64,000 nucleotides of DNA, taken from contig CAXTHM010000014.1 of NCBI GenBank assembly GCA_964244115.1, forward strand, positions 330 to 64,329, given 5' to 3'. Below, piece after piece: positions 1 through 9,256 of the stretch. How positions within the stretch are numbered: the stretch's first letter is position 1; each line of letters starts with the position of its first letter. The position numbers and the translations under genes are program-made. Under the pieces are notes generated by a model, which saw only the letters and a list, made by a program, of their open reading frames with translations, was not told the DNA's origin and did no database searches. The stretch is from an uncultured Thermomicrobiales bacterium (GTDB lineage Bacteria > Chloroflexota > Chloroflexia > Thermomicrobiales > UBA6265).

Positions 1-140
1 GCCTCATGCTGGTCGCGAATCGCCCGGGCGGTGGCGGCGAGCCACGTCGGGAGACCGGCCGGTGGTTGCCCGTCGCCGTGGGCGAGCCGATCGAGATAGT
101 CGTCGAGCCGATCGACCGCATCGTGGTCAGGAGTGGTCAC
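1..140 (-). CDS. putative anti-sigma factor, N-terminal part (gene runs off the window)
   Basis: GTG at 140-138 overlaps the sigma-factor stop (GTGA). The reverse frame reads VTTPDHDAVDRLDDYLDRLAHGDGQPPAGLP... and stays open to the window edge. The slot directly downstream of an ECF sigma gene is the usual anti-sigma position. No domain recognised. Confidence 0.3.
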   Translation of the reverse strand, partial: MTTPDHDAVDRLDDYLDRLAHGDGQPPAGLPTWLAATARAIRDQHE

Positions 141-865
141 TGGTAGTCCCCCCTTTCGTCCGGGCTGGCGCCGAGCAGGCGCCGCAGGGTCGTGATGGCG
201 CGAAACTGGAGCATCTTGACGGCGCCCGGCGGTCGGCCCATCACCTGGGCGACCTCGGGTCCGGTCAGGTCGGCGAGCCGCAGCTCGATGGCGCGGCGCT
301 GGTCGTCGGGCAGGTGATGCAGCAGGGAGCGCAGGGCGGCGCGGTCCTCGGCGTCGAGCGCCGCTTCTTCCGGGGTGGGGTCGCGGTCGGTGCGCTCGGG
401 CACGTCGTCGATCGAGACCTGGGGCCGCTGCCGGCGCCAGACGTCGATCACGACCCGCTCGGCGATGGTGAACAGCCAGGCCGGGAAGGACGTGCCGTCC
501 CGGTGGGAGTCGATCGCCGTCATCGCCCGGATGAACACCTGGCTGGTGGCGTCCTCAGCCGCCTCCCGGCTACTGAGCCGCCGGGAGCAGTAGCGGTAGA
601 CCCGGTCGACATAGCGGTCGTAGAGCAGCCCGAACGCCTGCCGGTCGGCTTTCGCCAGCCGGACGAGTTCGGTATCGGTCAGCACCGCGGCGACGGGCGG
701 GACCGAGGCATCCGGAGACGTCCCCGCTCGGACCGCACGTCCGGGCCGTAACCGGGCGGTGGACGACTCTTCGGTCCGGTCCGTCACGACCGACCAGCCG
801 GGTGCGGTCGTCCTGGTCGCCGGTTGTCTGCGCAGTCCACCCACACCGGCCCCTCCTGCCCGCAC
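137..865 (-). CDS. ECF-type RNA polymerase sigma-70 family factor
   Basis: Region 2: FGLLYDRYVDRVYRYCSRRL ... PAWLFTIAERVVIDVWRR. Region 4 HTH: LPDDQRRAIELRLADLTGPEVAQVMGRPPGAVKMLQFRAITTLRR. The true start is probably internal (non-ATG), because the first ~60 aa are low-complexity. Confidence 0.85.
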   Translation of the reverse strand: MRAGGAGVGGLRRQPATRTTAPGWSVVTDRTEESSTARLRPGRAVRAGTSPDASVPPVAAVLTDTELVRLAKADRQAFGLLYDRYVDRVYRYCSRRLSSREAAEDATSQVFIRAMTAIDSHRDGTSFPAWLFTIAERVVIDVWRRQRPQVSIDDVPERTDRDPTPEEAALDAEDRAALRSLLHHLPDDQRRAIELRLADLTGPEVAQVMGRPPGAVKMLQFRAITTLRRLLGASPDERGDYQ

Positions 866-1033
866 GATCCCGATTGAGGGCGGGACCGCCCCATGGCTGG
901 TGGCCCCGCCGCGAACAGATCAGTCAGACGCGTCTGATGAGAGAGACGCGGGAGAGGTGGGGATGGTCACGGTCGGCATCGTGGGTCGGCGTGGCGCCAT
1001 CTCGCTGGCCAGCGGGTCTGTTCCGATGAACAG

Positions 1034-1116
1034 GATTGAACCCGGAAGACCGGTTATCGCCCTGCGGGGCGATGGCGCCTGCGGGCGCCGGTCAGGGCAA
1101 GCCCGTGACCCTACGA
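1034..1116 (+). repeat. family-A GC-rich multi-hairpin intergenic repeat
   Basis: GATTGAACCCGGAA arm, then ATCGCCC-TGCG-GGGCGAT and GGCGCC-TGCG-GGCGCC hairpins, then GGTCAGGGCAAGCCCGTGACCCTAC. Recurs >=12 times in the window. Confidence 0.8.
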
Positions 1117-1164
1117 CATGACCGCCACCTTTCCGACGGGCAGGAGCGCTTGCGCGACATACGC

Positions 1165-1242
1165 AAGCCCCTCTCCGGGCGTGAGCGCCGTAGCGCGATA
1201 CGAGCCGGGGAGGGGTCTCACTTCGCTGGGGGAGGGGTCTGC
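1165..1242 (+). repeat. family-D ~78-bp repeat
   Basis: AAGCCCCTCTCCGGGCGTGAGCGCCGTAGCGCGATACGAGCCGGGGAGGGGTCTC...GGGGGAGGGGTCTGC. A near-identical reverse-complement copy lies at 17313-17390. Confidence 0.75.
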
Positions 1243-1290
1243 TCCGCAACAGACCTCTCCTCCTTTTGATCGCCCGTGTTGCCAGCACCG

Positions 1291-1350
1291 CCATCGCCCT
1301 GTGGGGCGATGGCGCCTGCGGGCGCCGGTCACCCCAAGGGGCGACCCTAC
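1291..1350 (+). repeat. family-A repeat (overlaps the MFS stop codon by 4 nt)
   Basis: CCATCGCCCTGTGGGGCGATGGCGCCTGCGGGCGCCGGTCACCCCAAGGGGCGACCCTAC. Confidence 0.8.
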
Positions 1351-2639
1351 ATCACCGTGCCGTCTCCATCCTCATCACCGTCGTCATCGATGATCGGGAT
1401 GTCCCGCAGCCGGCGGACGGACGAGAGGACGATCGGCAGGGCGGCCAGGGCCATCCCGGCGGCAGCGATGAACATCGTCTCCCGGACGGTGAGCACGAAC
1501 GGCAGCAGACCGGCCAGCAACGTCCCGAGTAGGTCGCCGCCGAACCGCGTCGTCCGCATGATCGCCTGGACCCGGCCCTGCCAGGCGTCGCCGGCGCTGG
1601 CCTGGACCAGACTCGTGTCGGCGATCTCGTAGACCGTCCACGAGACGTCCCCGACCACCTGCTGAGCGAGGATCAGGCCGAAGGCGAGCAGGCTGGCCTC
1701 GGTCGAGAGCGGCACCAGCAGGTTGGCCAGCGCCGCGACGACCAGCGCCGCCACCATCGCATTGCCGACCCCCAACCGCCGGGTGATCCGGCCCGCGAAG
1801 ACGGCCCCGGCCAGCGACGCCGCCCCGCCCAACCCGAACGCCAGACCGCTGATTCCCTCCGAGAAGCCGATCTCCTCGAGGACATAGAACACGTAGAGCG
1901 TCCCGAGCATGGTCCCGAACAGGTTGAACAGCAGCGCCGAGCCCAGCGTCGCCCGAAGCACGACGCTTCGGGCGACGTACCGAATGCCGTCGCGCAGCTC
2001 GGTCAGGATCGGCAGGTGCGCCCCGGCCGGTTTCGAGGTCGGCTCCGGTCTCGCGATCCGGGAGACGAACAGCGCCGACCAGATGAAGGTAAACGCGTTG
2101 ATGACGAACGTGAACGGGGCCGTCAGTGCCTGGACGAGGAAGCCGGCCGACCCGAACGCCACCGCTTCCGCGACGGCGCCGCTGCCGGTCAGTTTGCTGT
2201 TCGCCTCCGTCAGCGCCCCCCGTGAGACCAGCCACGGCAGGTGGGCCCGGTTGGCGACGTCGAACGATAGCGACAGGACACTGATCAGCGCGGCGAACGC
2301 GTAGAGCAGCGTCATGCTCAGGGAATCGAGCAGCGCCGCCAGCGGGATCGCCAACAAGACGACCGCCCGGGCCAGGTCCGTCGCGATCATGACCGGCCGG
2401 CGCCGGCGCCGGTCGACGAGGACGCCGATCAGCGGCCCGGCCAGGAACGCCGGGACGAGACCGCAGAGCCCGAGCAGGGACAACTGGAACGGGGTCGCAC
2501 CCAGATAACCGATCGCGAGGAACGACAGGGCCAGCCCGGTGACGAACGACCCGTAGGTCGAGATCGTCTGGGCAGCCCAGAGGCGGAGGAAATCAGGGTC
2601 TCGCCAGAGACCCCTCAGGAGGGATGACAGAGCGAACAC
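1347..2639 (-). CDS. MFS transporter (EntS/MFS_3-like exporter)
   Basis: 430 aa with about 12 predicted hydrophobic spans. N-terminus: LWRDPDFLRLWAAQTISTYGSFVTGLAL. Also a DRRRRRP loop between TM2 and TM3. Confidence 0.8.
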   Translation of the reverse strand: MFALSSLLRGLWRDPDFLRLWAAQTISTYGSFVTGLALSFLAIGYLGATPFQLSLLGLCGLVPAFLAGPLIGVLVDRRRRRPVMIATDLARAVVLLAIPLAALLDSLSMTLLYAFAALISVLSLSFDVANRAHLPWLVSRGALTEANSKLTGSGAVAEAVAFGSAGFLVQALTAPFTFVINAFTFIWSALFVSRIARPEPTSKPAGAHLPILTELRDGIRYVARSVVLRATLGSALLFNLFGTMLGTLYVFYVLEEIGFSEGISGLAFGLGGAASLAGAVFAGRITRRLGVGNAMVAALVVAALANLLVPLSTEASLLAFGLILAQQVVGDVSWTVYEIADTSLVQASAGDAWQGRVQAIMRTTRFGGDLLGTLLAGLLPFVLTVRETMFIAAAGMALAALPIVLSSVRRLRDIPIIDDDGDEDGDGTVM

Positions 2640-3151
2640 GGGGACAGACCTTTCCGGGACACGAACGACGGAGAGACGGCGTGAGCTGGTGCGTCCGATC
2701 GTCGACGAGGAGCAGTCCCATCCGTGTTCTCCGGTGTCCGTGCCGCGGCCCGGTCCGCCGATCTGGCGCCGTCCGCTGGCTGGCGTGGTGAGACGAGAGC
2801 GGCGCGCGCCGCGGCGCCCCGGCTGCCGAGAAGACGCCCCGGGCGTCCATCTGGTTCCCGGTCATCGGCTCGGCGAGGCGTCGATGTTATCGCGTGATGG
2901 GCGGTGCGATCGACCCGACCGTGTGCCAGCGTGCCCGACCCCCTCACCTCCCGACCGGTTGTTCACAGGCGAATCGGACGGCACCGGACCATCGATGGGA
3001 GATCGACCTGACCCATTCCAGCCCCAGCCGCAACGTGTCATGGCCTCGGCGCGGTCTCCACGGCACTGTTGTTGCCACGGGGACGGAGATGATCCTGCCC
3101 CGGACCCGGTTGCCAGACGCCCAATGGCCCTGACGGTCGCCGCAGGCGTGC

Positions 3152-4528
3152 GTGTCCGACTCCCCGCCTCAGCCCGGAAGGAGCCCTGTGTCCTCGACGT
3201 TCACGACCTGGTACATGATCGTCGGGGTGCTCTTCATCACGATGGCGCTGAGCGGCTCGATCCTGAAGCGGCTGCCACTGACGACCTCGATCCTCTACCT
3301 CCTGATCGGTCTGGCGCTCGGGTCGGCCGGGGCCGGGTTCATCGACCTCGACGTGATCGCCGATGCGGCCCTGCTCGAGCGGATCACCGAGATTGCGGCG
3401 ATCGTGTCGCTGTTCACCGCCGGGTTGAAGCTGCGGATCGACTGGAGCGACACCCGCTGGCGGATCCCGCTCCGGCTGGCCGTCGTCTCGATGGCGATCA
3501 CGGTCGGGCTGATCGCCATCGCCGGGTTCGTCGGGCTCGGGCTATCGCTGGGCGCGGCCGTCCTGCTCGGCGCCATCCTCGCCCCGACGGACCCGGTCCT
3601 GGCCGCCGAGGTCGCCGTCGACAGCCCGACGGACGAGGACCAGCTCCGGCTGGGGCTGACCGGCGAAGCCGGACTCAACGACGGGACCGCCTTCCCCTTC
3701 GTGATGCTCGGGCTCGGCCTGCTCGGGCTGCACGACCTCGGGTCGTTCGGCTGGCGCTGGCTGGCGGTCGATCTGGTCTGGGCGTCGCTGGGCGGCATCG
3801 CGGTCGGCGTGCTGCTCGGGACGCTGGTCGGCTCCCTGGTGCTCTACCTGCGCCGCGTGCACCGGGAGGCGGTCGGGCTGGACGAGTTCCTGACGCTGGG
3901 GCTGATCGCGATGTCGTACGGCGGCGCCCTGCTGATCCACACGTATGGCTTCCTCGCCGTCTTCGCGGCCGGGCTGGCGCTGCGCCGGGTCGAGCGGCGC
4001 CTGACCCCGGGCGACTTCGAGGAGGTGATCGAGGAGGTCGTCACGGGGCGCGAGGAGGACATCCAGACCCGGAGCGAGACCGCCCCGGCCCACATGCTGG
4101 CGGCCGTCCTCGGCTTCAACGAGCGGCTGGAGCGGATCGGCGAGCTGGCGGTCGTGCTCCTGATCGGTGGGCTGCTGTCCGTCGCGCTGCTGCCGGTCGA
4201 GGCGCTGTGGTTCGTCCCGCTCCTGTTCCTCGTCATCCGGCCGGTGAGCGTCTGGCTGGGGCTCCTGCGCGCCCCGACCACCCAGACCCAGCGGCACTAC
4301 ATCGCATGGTTCGGCATCCGCGGGGTCGGGGCGATCTACTACCTGACGTACGCGATCGAGCACGGGCTGTCGGACGGGGACGCCGAGGTGCTGACCGCCA
4401 TCGTCCTGACCGTCGTCGCGATCTCGATCGTCGTCCACGGGATCTCGGTCACGCCCCTGATGGCTCGCTACGAGCGGCAGGGCCGGTGGCGGGCCGCAGA
4501 GGGCGTCCGCATCCGGACCGATCCATGA
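3152..4528 (+). CDS. cation:proton antiporter (Na+/H+ exchanger family, CPA1-like)
   Basis: Polytopic membrane protein. Motifs LGAILAPTDPVLAAEV and GEAGLNDGTAFPF are typical of Na_H_Exchanger proteins. Non-ATG start in the track. Confidence 0.8.
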   Translation: MSDSPPQPGRSPVSSTFTTWYMIVGVLFITMALSGSILKRLPLTTSILYLLIGLALGSAGAGFIDLDVIADAALLERITEIAAIVSLFTAGLKLRIDWSDTRWRIPLRLAVVSMAITVGLIAIAGFVGLGLSLGAAVLLGAILAPTDPVLAAEVAVDSPTDEDQLRLGLTGEAGLNDGTAFPFVMLGLGLLGLHDLGSFGWRWLAVDLVWASLGGIAVGVLLGTLVGSLVLYLRRVHREAVGLDEFLTLGLIAMSYGGALLIHTYGFLAVFAAGLALRRVERRLTPGDFEEVIEEVVTGREEDIQTRSETAPAHMLAAVLGFNERLERIGELAVVLLIGGLLSVALLPVEALWFVPLLFLVIRPVSVWLGLLRAPTTQTQRHYIAWFGIRGVGAIYYLTYAIEHGLSDGDAEVLTAIVLTVVAISIVVHGISVTPLMARYERQGRWRAAEGVRIRTDP

Positions 4529-4850
4529 CGTCGGGACGACCGTGGGCTTCAGCGGAGGCCCCCGACATCAGGCCACGGAGGGGACCGTTCGCCGCCGACC
4601 TCGTCGCCAGGGCCACACGCCGCCGACCATTCACGGCCGAAGTCGCACCCCCGGAACGCCCCGGAACCGGGCACGTCACGACGAACGTGACGCTACAGCG
4701 CGGCTCATAGCGGTTGACGGGGGAGCGAGCGCCCTCTCTCTATCCGGTCCAGACAGAGTCGCCCGCAGGTGACGGAGGCTGACCGAGATGGGAAGGGGGC
4801 CGGGGGGTGGGGCTGGCCGCTCGCGACCGACAAGCTCCATGAGATCCGCT

Positions 4851-6374
4851 CTATGCCCTGGGCGCGATCGGCAGCCGGATCGTGACGCTGGTGCCGACGC
4901 CTTCCGTGCTGGCGACGCTGATCTCACCGTCGTGCTGCTCGACGAGCTGGCGGACGCCGGACAGGCCGATCCCGCTGCCGCTGATCCCATCGACGTTGCC
5001 GCCGCGGTGGAACCGCTCGAAGACGTGGGGCAGATCTACCGCCGGGATCCCGATGCCCTGGTCGCGGACGACGATCAGCGCCGGGCGTTCCCCCTCGCCG
5101 TCGCCGTCGACCACGACCGACACCTCACCCCCCTGCGGCGAGTACTTCATGGCATTGTTGACGACGTTGTCGATCACCCGGCGCAGGCGCGCCCGGTCCG
5201 CGTGGATCGTCACGGCCGCGCGGACATCGACCTGAACCTGCCGGCCCGGCGAGATCGCCCTGGCATTGGTGACCGTGACCGTGACCAGTTCGCCGAGATC
5301 GACGGTCTCGAGGTTGAGTTCGACGTGCTCACCGGCGCTCAGGTAGACCGTGTCGACCATCTCGTCGATGATCTGCATCATCTGGTCGGTGCCCTGCTCG
5401 ATCACCCGCAGCCCCCGATCGATCCGCCCCGCATCCAGCGTCCCGCGCTGGGCCCGGCGCATCATCAACTGGCCCTCCCCGCGGATGGCGGCAACCGGGT
5501 TGCGCAGGTCATGGGCGAGCGAATCCATGAACGTCTGCCGCTCGCGCTCCGATTCCAGCCGGGCGCTGATGTCCTCCAGGGCCAGCAGGATGCGGGGGGC
5601 CGCGACATCGCTGGATTCCAGGACACGGGCGTCGAGCTGGAACGTCCGGGAACCGAGCCGGGCGAAGTCATGCTGTACCCGCAGATCCTCGAACGGCGTC
5701 CGCTCCCGGATCACGGTCCGGAGCGCATCGATCAGATCGGGCTGGTTCCACTCCCCGTCGCCGAGCTCATCGATCGGCCGGCCGATCGTCTCGGCGTGCC
5801 AGACGGTGAAGGTCTGGTAGAACGCCCGGTTGGCGGAGACGACGCGCAGGTCGTGGTCGAGGACGAGGAGCGGCTCCCGGACGGAATCGACCGTCGCGTC
5901 GGCGTAGGCGCGGGCCCGCTGCAGGTCGATCAGCGCCCCGTGCAGCGTCATCTCCGCCGAGGCCGCCGCCGCGAGATCGCCGAGGATCAGGACGTCCTCG
6001 TCGGTCCAGTCCCGCGGTTCGGTGTCGATCGCGCAGAACGTCCCGAGGATGGTTCCGTCCATGGCTCGCATCGGGACACCGGCATAGGCCATGACGCCCA
6101 GTTCCGTCCGGGCAAGCCTCGTGTCGATGGCCGTCGCCAAACGGGTATCGGGGATGACCAGCGGTCTGCCCCGGGCGGCCGGGATCTGGCAGAGCGAGTG
6201 GGAGATCGGTGTCCAGCGCTGGCTCGCCCAGGGTTCACCCAGACCGTCGAGTCCGATGAACCGCTGGCGATCCGGTTCGATCACGGTGATCAGGGCGATC
6301 GGTACGCCGAGTGTTCGTCGGGCCAGCCGGGCCAGCCGGTCGAGCGCGATCTGGTGCGGTGTCATCGCGGGCAT
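4851..6374 (-). CDS. soluble sensor histidine kinase (GAF-PAS-HisKA-HATPase)
   Basis: GAF-like N-terminus. PAS: VREPLLVLDHDLRVVSANRAFYQTF. H-box: SLAHDLRNPVAAI. N-box: VIDNVVNNAMKYSP. G-boxes: DQGIGIP and GSGIGLSGV. No TM segment. Confidence 0.85.
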   Translation of the reverse strand: MPAMTPHQIALDRLARLARRTLGVPIALITVIEPDRQRFIGLDGLGEPWASQRWTPISHSLCQIPAARGRPLVIPDTRLATAIDTRLARTELGVMAYAGVPMRAMDGTILGTFCAIDTEPRDWTDEDVLILGDLAAAASAEMTLHGALIDLQRARAYADATVDSVREPLLVLDHDLRVVSANRAFYQTFTVWHAETIGRPIDELGDGEWNQPDLIDALRTVIRERTPFEDLRVQHDFARLGSRTFQLDARVLESSDVAAPRILLALEDISARLESERERQTFMDSLAHDLRNPVAAIRGEGQLMMRRAQRGTLDAGRIDRGLRVIEQGTDQMMQIIDEMVDTVYLSAGEHVELNLETVDLGELVTVTVTNARAISPGRQVQVDVRAAVTIHADRARLRRVIDNVVNNAMKYSPQGGEVSVVVDGDGEGERPALIVVRDQGIGIPAVDLPHVFERFHRGGNVDGISGSGIGLSGVRQLVEQHDGEISVASTEGVGTSVTIRLPIAPRA

Positions 6375-6675
6375 CGATCCTTCTGGGCGCTGGGCGTCAC
6401 GGTCGCCAGGATTGTAGTCATCCGGTCAGTCAGGCGCTATGCCTGGACGGACCGGCGCCTGGATCGTGTCGATCCTCGTGTCCGGCCCGATCGCGGGCCC
6501 CGATCCGTCGCCAGCCCATGCTCCGGCCAGCCAGAGGTCGGGCCGCTCGGGCCGCATCCGCCATCGACCGGCGGATCGGCGCGTGCGATACCCTTCTTCG
6601 AGCCGACCGTTCGATGTCGATCGTCCCGCCAGGCGGCGGGCACCGGCACCGACTCGATTGAGGGAGCACATCACC

Positions 6676-7662
6676 ATGGCAGGTATGACGTTCGGGGTCT
6701 TCCCCCCGCAGGGCTGGAAGATGGATCTGACCCAGATCGCGGACCCGGTCGAGCAGTTCGAGGCCATGACCAGCGTCGCGAAGGTGGCCGACGAGGGGCC
6801 GTGGGACAGCATCTGGGTGTTCGACCACTTCCACACCGTCCCGCACCCGACCATGAACACGGTCTTCGAGTCCTGGACGATCTCGGCGACGCTCGCCCGC
6901 GACACCAAGCGGGTCAACGTCGGCCAGATGGTCAACTGCAACGGCTACCGCAACCCCTCGCTGTTCGCCAAGATCGCCTCGACGGTCGACGTCGCCAGCC
7001 ACGGCCGGCTCTACGCCGGCTACGGTGCCGGCTGGTACGAGCACGAGTGGAAGGCGTACGGCTACGGCTTCCCCGAGACCCGCGACCGGATGCGGGCCTT
7101 CCGCGAGGGCGTCGAGATCATCCACAAGATGTGGACGGAGGACAAGCCGACCTTCACGGGCGAGTACTACACAATCGACGGGCCGATCAACGAGCCGAAG
7201 AGCGCGAAGCCGGGCCGCAAGATCCCCCTCTGGATCGGCGGCGGCGGCGAGAAGGTCACGCTCAAGCTGGTCGCCCAGTACGGTGACGCCTGCAACGTCG
7301 GCGGCGGCAACGCGGCCACGATCCGGGAGAAGCTGGAGATCCTGCAGGGGCACTGCGAGACGGTCGGCCGCGACTACGGCGAGATCGTCCGCTCGACCGG
7401 CTTCAACGTCTACCCGGTCGCGGCCGGCGAAGACCCGGTGACGAAGACGGCGACGCTGCGCGAGTCGATGGGCAACATGTCCTGGGAGGACTTCTCCAAG
7501 GACAACCACGTCGGCACGGTGGACGTCATCGCGGAGCGCATTCAGGCCGGAATCGAGGCCGGCGCCGACTACGGGATCATCTACATCCCCGGCCTGGCCT
7601 ACGACATCGACCTGCTCCACATGTTCGAGGAGGGCGTCATCGCCCCGCTCGCCAACAGCTGA
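6676..7662 (+). CDS. LLM-class (luciferase-like) F420/flavin-dependent oxidoreductase
   Basis: MAGMTFGVFPPQGW...DSIWVFDHFHTVPHP...GYGAGWYEHEWKAYGY...PLWIGGGGEKVTLKLVAQYGD. ATG at 6676 chosen inside track ORF 6439..7662; the upstream part is Arg/Pro junk. Confidence 0.8.
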   Translation: MAGMTFGVFPPQGWKMDLTQIADPVEQFEAMTSVAKVADEGPWDSIWVFDHFHTVPHPTMNTVFESWTISATLARDTKRVNVGQMVNCNGYRNPSLFAKIASTVDVASHGRLYAGYGAGWYEHEWKAYGYGFPETRDRMRAFREGVEIIHKMWTEDKPTFTGEYYTIDGPINEPKSAKPGRKIPLWIGGGGEKVTLKLVAQYGDACNVGGGNAATIREKLEILQGHCETVGRDYGEIVRSTGFNVYPVAAGEDPVTKTATLRESMGNMSWEDFSKDNHVGTVDVIAERIQAGIEAGADYGIIYIPGLAYDIDLLHMFEEGVIAPLANS

Positions 7663-7774
7663 CCGTGGCGGGTGCCATCGGCATCACGCTGACGTCGTCT
7701 CCACGAACAGGACCGCGGGAAATTCCCGCGGTCCTGTCTGGTTTTCCGGCTGTGACGGAATGTCGCGTGGGGCG

Positions 7775-8716
7775 CTACCGGCCCTTCAGCTCGCGGACGA
7801 TCGTGGCGAAGGTGTCGATGTCGGCCTCACGCACGGTGTAGTAGGTGATGCCGAAACGATCCCGGCTCGCCATGATCTTGGCGACCATCTCGTCGGCGCT
7901 GCCGATCATCGTGACCGGGCTGTCGCGGACCGTCTCGGCCGGGACGTCCCACGTCGTCGCCATCGTCTCGATCTCGGCCGCCGTCGCCGCCGCGCCGTCC
8001 GTCAGCGCGAACCGCTCCAGCAGGACATTGAACTCCAGCCCGTCGAACCGCTCCCCGGCGGCCTCGCGAATGAACGCGACCTTCTTGTCGAAGCCATCCG
8101 GCGAGCCGTCGTTGCGGTCGAAGCCGCTGCCGTCGTGCTTCGACTTCCAGATCAGCCCGATGATGTCGGCTTCCCGGGCGGCGAAGGAGAGGATCCGCGG
8201 ACCACCGCCGCCGAGGATCAGCGGCGGGTGCGGGCTCTGGACCGGCTTCGGGTTGGCCGGCAGTCCCTCGATCTGGTAATGCTTGCCGGCGAAGGTGACC
8301 GTCTCCTCGGTGAAGTACCGCTTGACGATGCCGACGCTCTCGATGAACTTCCCGACCCGGACCCCGGCGGCCTCGAACGGGATGCCCGTCTTGGTGTAGT
8401 CGGAGCCCAGCCAGCCGGCGCCGAGCCCAAGCTCCAGGCGCCCGTCGGTCAGCAGATCGACGGTGGCGGCGTCCTGCGCCAGGACGGCCGGGTGCCGGAA
8501 GTCGTTGTCCAGCACGTACGGGCAGAACCGCAGCGTCGTCGTCACGCTGGCGGCGGAGACGATCGCCGGGGACCAGGCGAAGACGTCGGTGAAGTGATCG
8601 ACCGTCGCGAGGACGTCATACCCGAGCGCCTCGGCCCGGCGCGCCTTGTCCTCCCAATCGGCCCGGGACTCCCCCCGCGCGATCTGCACCCCGAACCGGA
8701 ACGGTTTCACGGTCAT
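7775..8716 (-). CDS. LLM-class F420-dependent oxidoreductase
   Basis: MTVKPFRFGVQIARGES...LGYDVLATVDHF...GLGAGWLGSDYTKTGIPFE...PPLILGGGGPRILSFAARE. GAGGGAGA RBS lies 6-7 nt before the ATG at 8716. Confidence 0.8.
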   Translation of the reverse strand: MTVKPFRFGVQIARGESRADWEDKARRAEALGYDVLATVDHFTDVFAWSPAIVSAASVTTTLRFCPYVLDNDFRHPAVLAQDAATVDLLTDGRLELGLGAGWLGSDYTKTGIPFEAAGVRVGKFIESVGIVKRYFTEETVTFAGKHYQIEGLPANPKPVQSPHPPLILGGGGPRILSFAAREADIIGLIWKSKHDGSGFDRNDGSPDGFDKKVAFIREAAGERFDGLEFNVLLERFALTDGAAATAAEIETMATTWDVPAETVRDSPVTMIGSADEMVAKIMASRDRFGITYYTVREADIDTFATIVRELKGR

Positions 8717-8822
8717 ACGCTGTCTCCCTCGATCGACGCCCAAGGCCGGCCCGGATCATCACGGTGAATATGGTCGCACGGCCTACGCCATCTGACACCG
8801 GTCGGTCACGTCCCGTGCGTCT

Positions 8823-8930
8823 CGTAGGGGCGACGCTTGCGAGTCCGGCGCCCGCAGGCGCTCGTTCCGTAGGGGCGTGGGCTTGCCCCCCGCCCGGCGC
8901 CCGCAGGCGCCATCGCTGCCAGGCGATAAC
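8823..8930 (-). repeat. family-A repeat, partially duplicated copy
   Basis: CGTAGGGGCGACGCTTGCGAGTCCGGCGCCCGCAGGCGC...CGTAGGGGCGTGGGCTTGCCCC..GGCGCCCGCAGGCGCCATCGCTGCCAGGCGATAAC. Confidence 0.75.
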
Positions 8931-8942
8931 TGTCTGCGTTGA

Positions 8943-9144
8943 CCCGACCATAAATGGCAGCGAAGCGAGTCGGGCTCAGGAACGATGTCGCCAACGGACC
9001 AGACGGAAATCTGCTCAGCGTCATTGAGCGATGGATCGGTCGGGCGTGATGCGTTGTCCAACCTCGGTGCGCAACCATCGGTTTCCACAGGAACCACGAA
9101 TCGATCCGGTTATCGTCTCTGAGCCCGATGCATTCATGGTCGGG
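8943..9144. mobile_element. family-C MITE-like element (about 200 bp, terminal inverted repeats)
   Basis: Left end: CCCGACCATAAATGG..GGGCTCAGGAACGA. Right end: TCTCTGAGCCCGATGCATTCATGGTCGGG. The ends are inverted copies of each other and of the ends of 21560-21771. No ORF inside. Confidence 0.6.
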
Positions 9145-9163
9145 ATACGCCCAAGGCCACCAT

Positions 9164-9233
9164 TTATCGTCCTGCGAGGCTATGGCGCCTGCGGGCGACC
9201 GACTCGCAAGCGTCGCCCCTACAAGAAGGCTCG
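9164..9233 (+). repeat. family-A repeat
   Basis: TTATCGTCCTGCGAGGCTATGGCGCCTGCGGGCGACCGACTCGCAAGCGTCGCCCCTACA. Confidence 0.75.
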
Positions 9234-9256
9234 CATGCGCAGGCCCGGCGTCATCG

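Noticed and set aside
2689-4710. 673-aa + strand ORF overlapping the antiporter gene in another frame
   Set aside because: Its composition is extreme Arg/Pro/Gly/Asp. The overlapping frame at 3152..4528 encodes a coherent polytopic Na+/H+ exchanger with family motifs.
4788-7286. 832-aa ORF on the + strand (the longest in this area)
   Set aside because: It lies antisense to the well-supported histidine kinase (4851..6374) and runs out of frame across the LLM gene. Its translation is Arg/Asp/Gly/Pro low-complexity with no motif. This is the typical shadow ORF of a high-GC genome.
6430-7620. 396-aa minus-strand ORF
   Set aside because: It is antisense to the LLM oxidoreductase 6676..7662, and its translation has no recognisable features.
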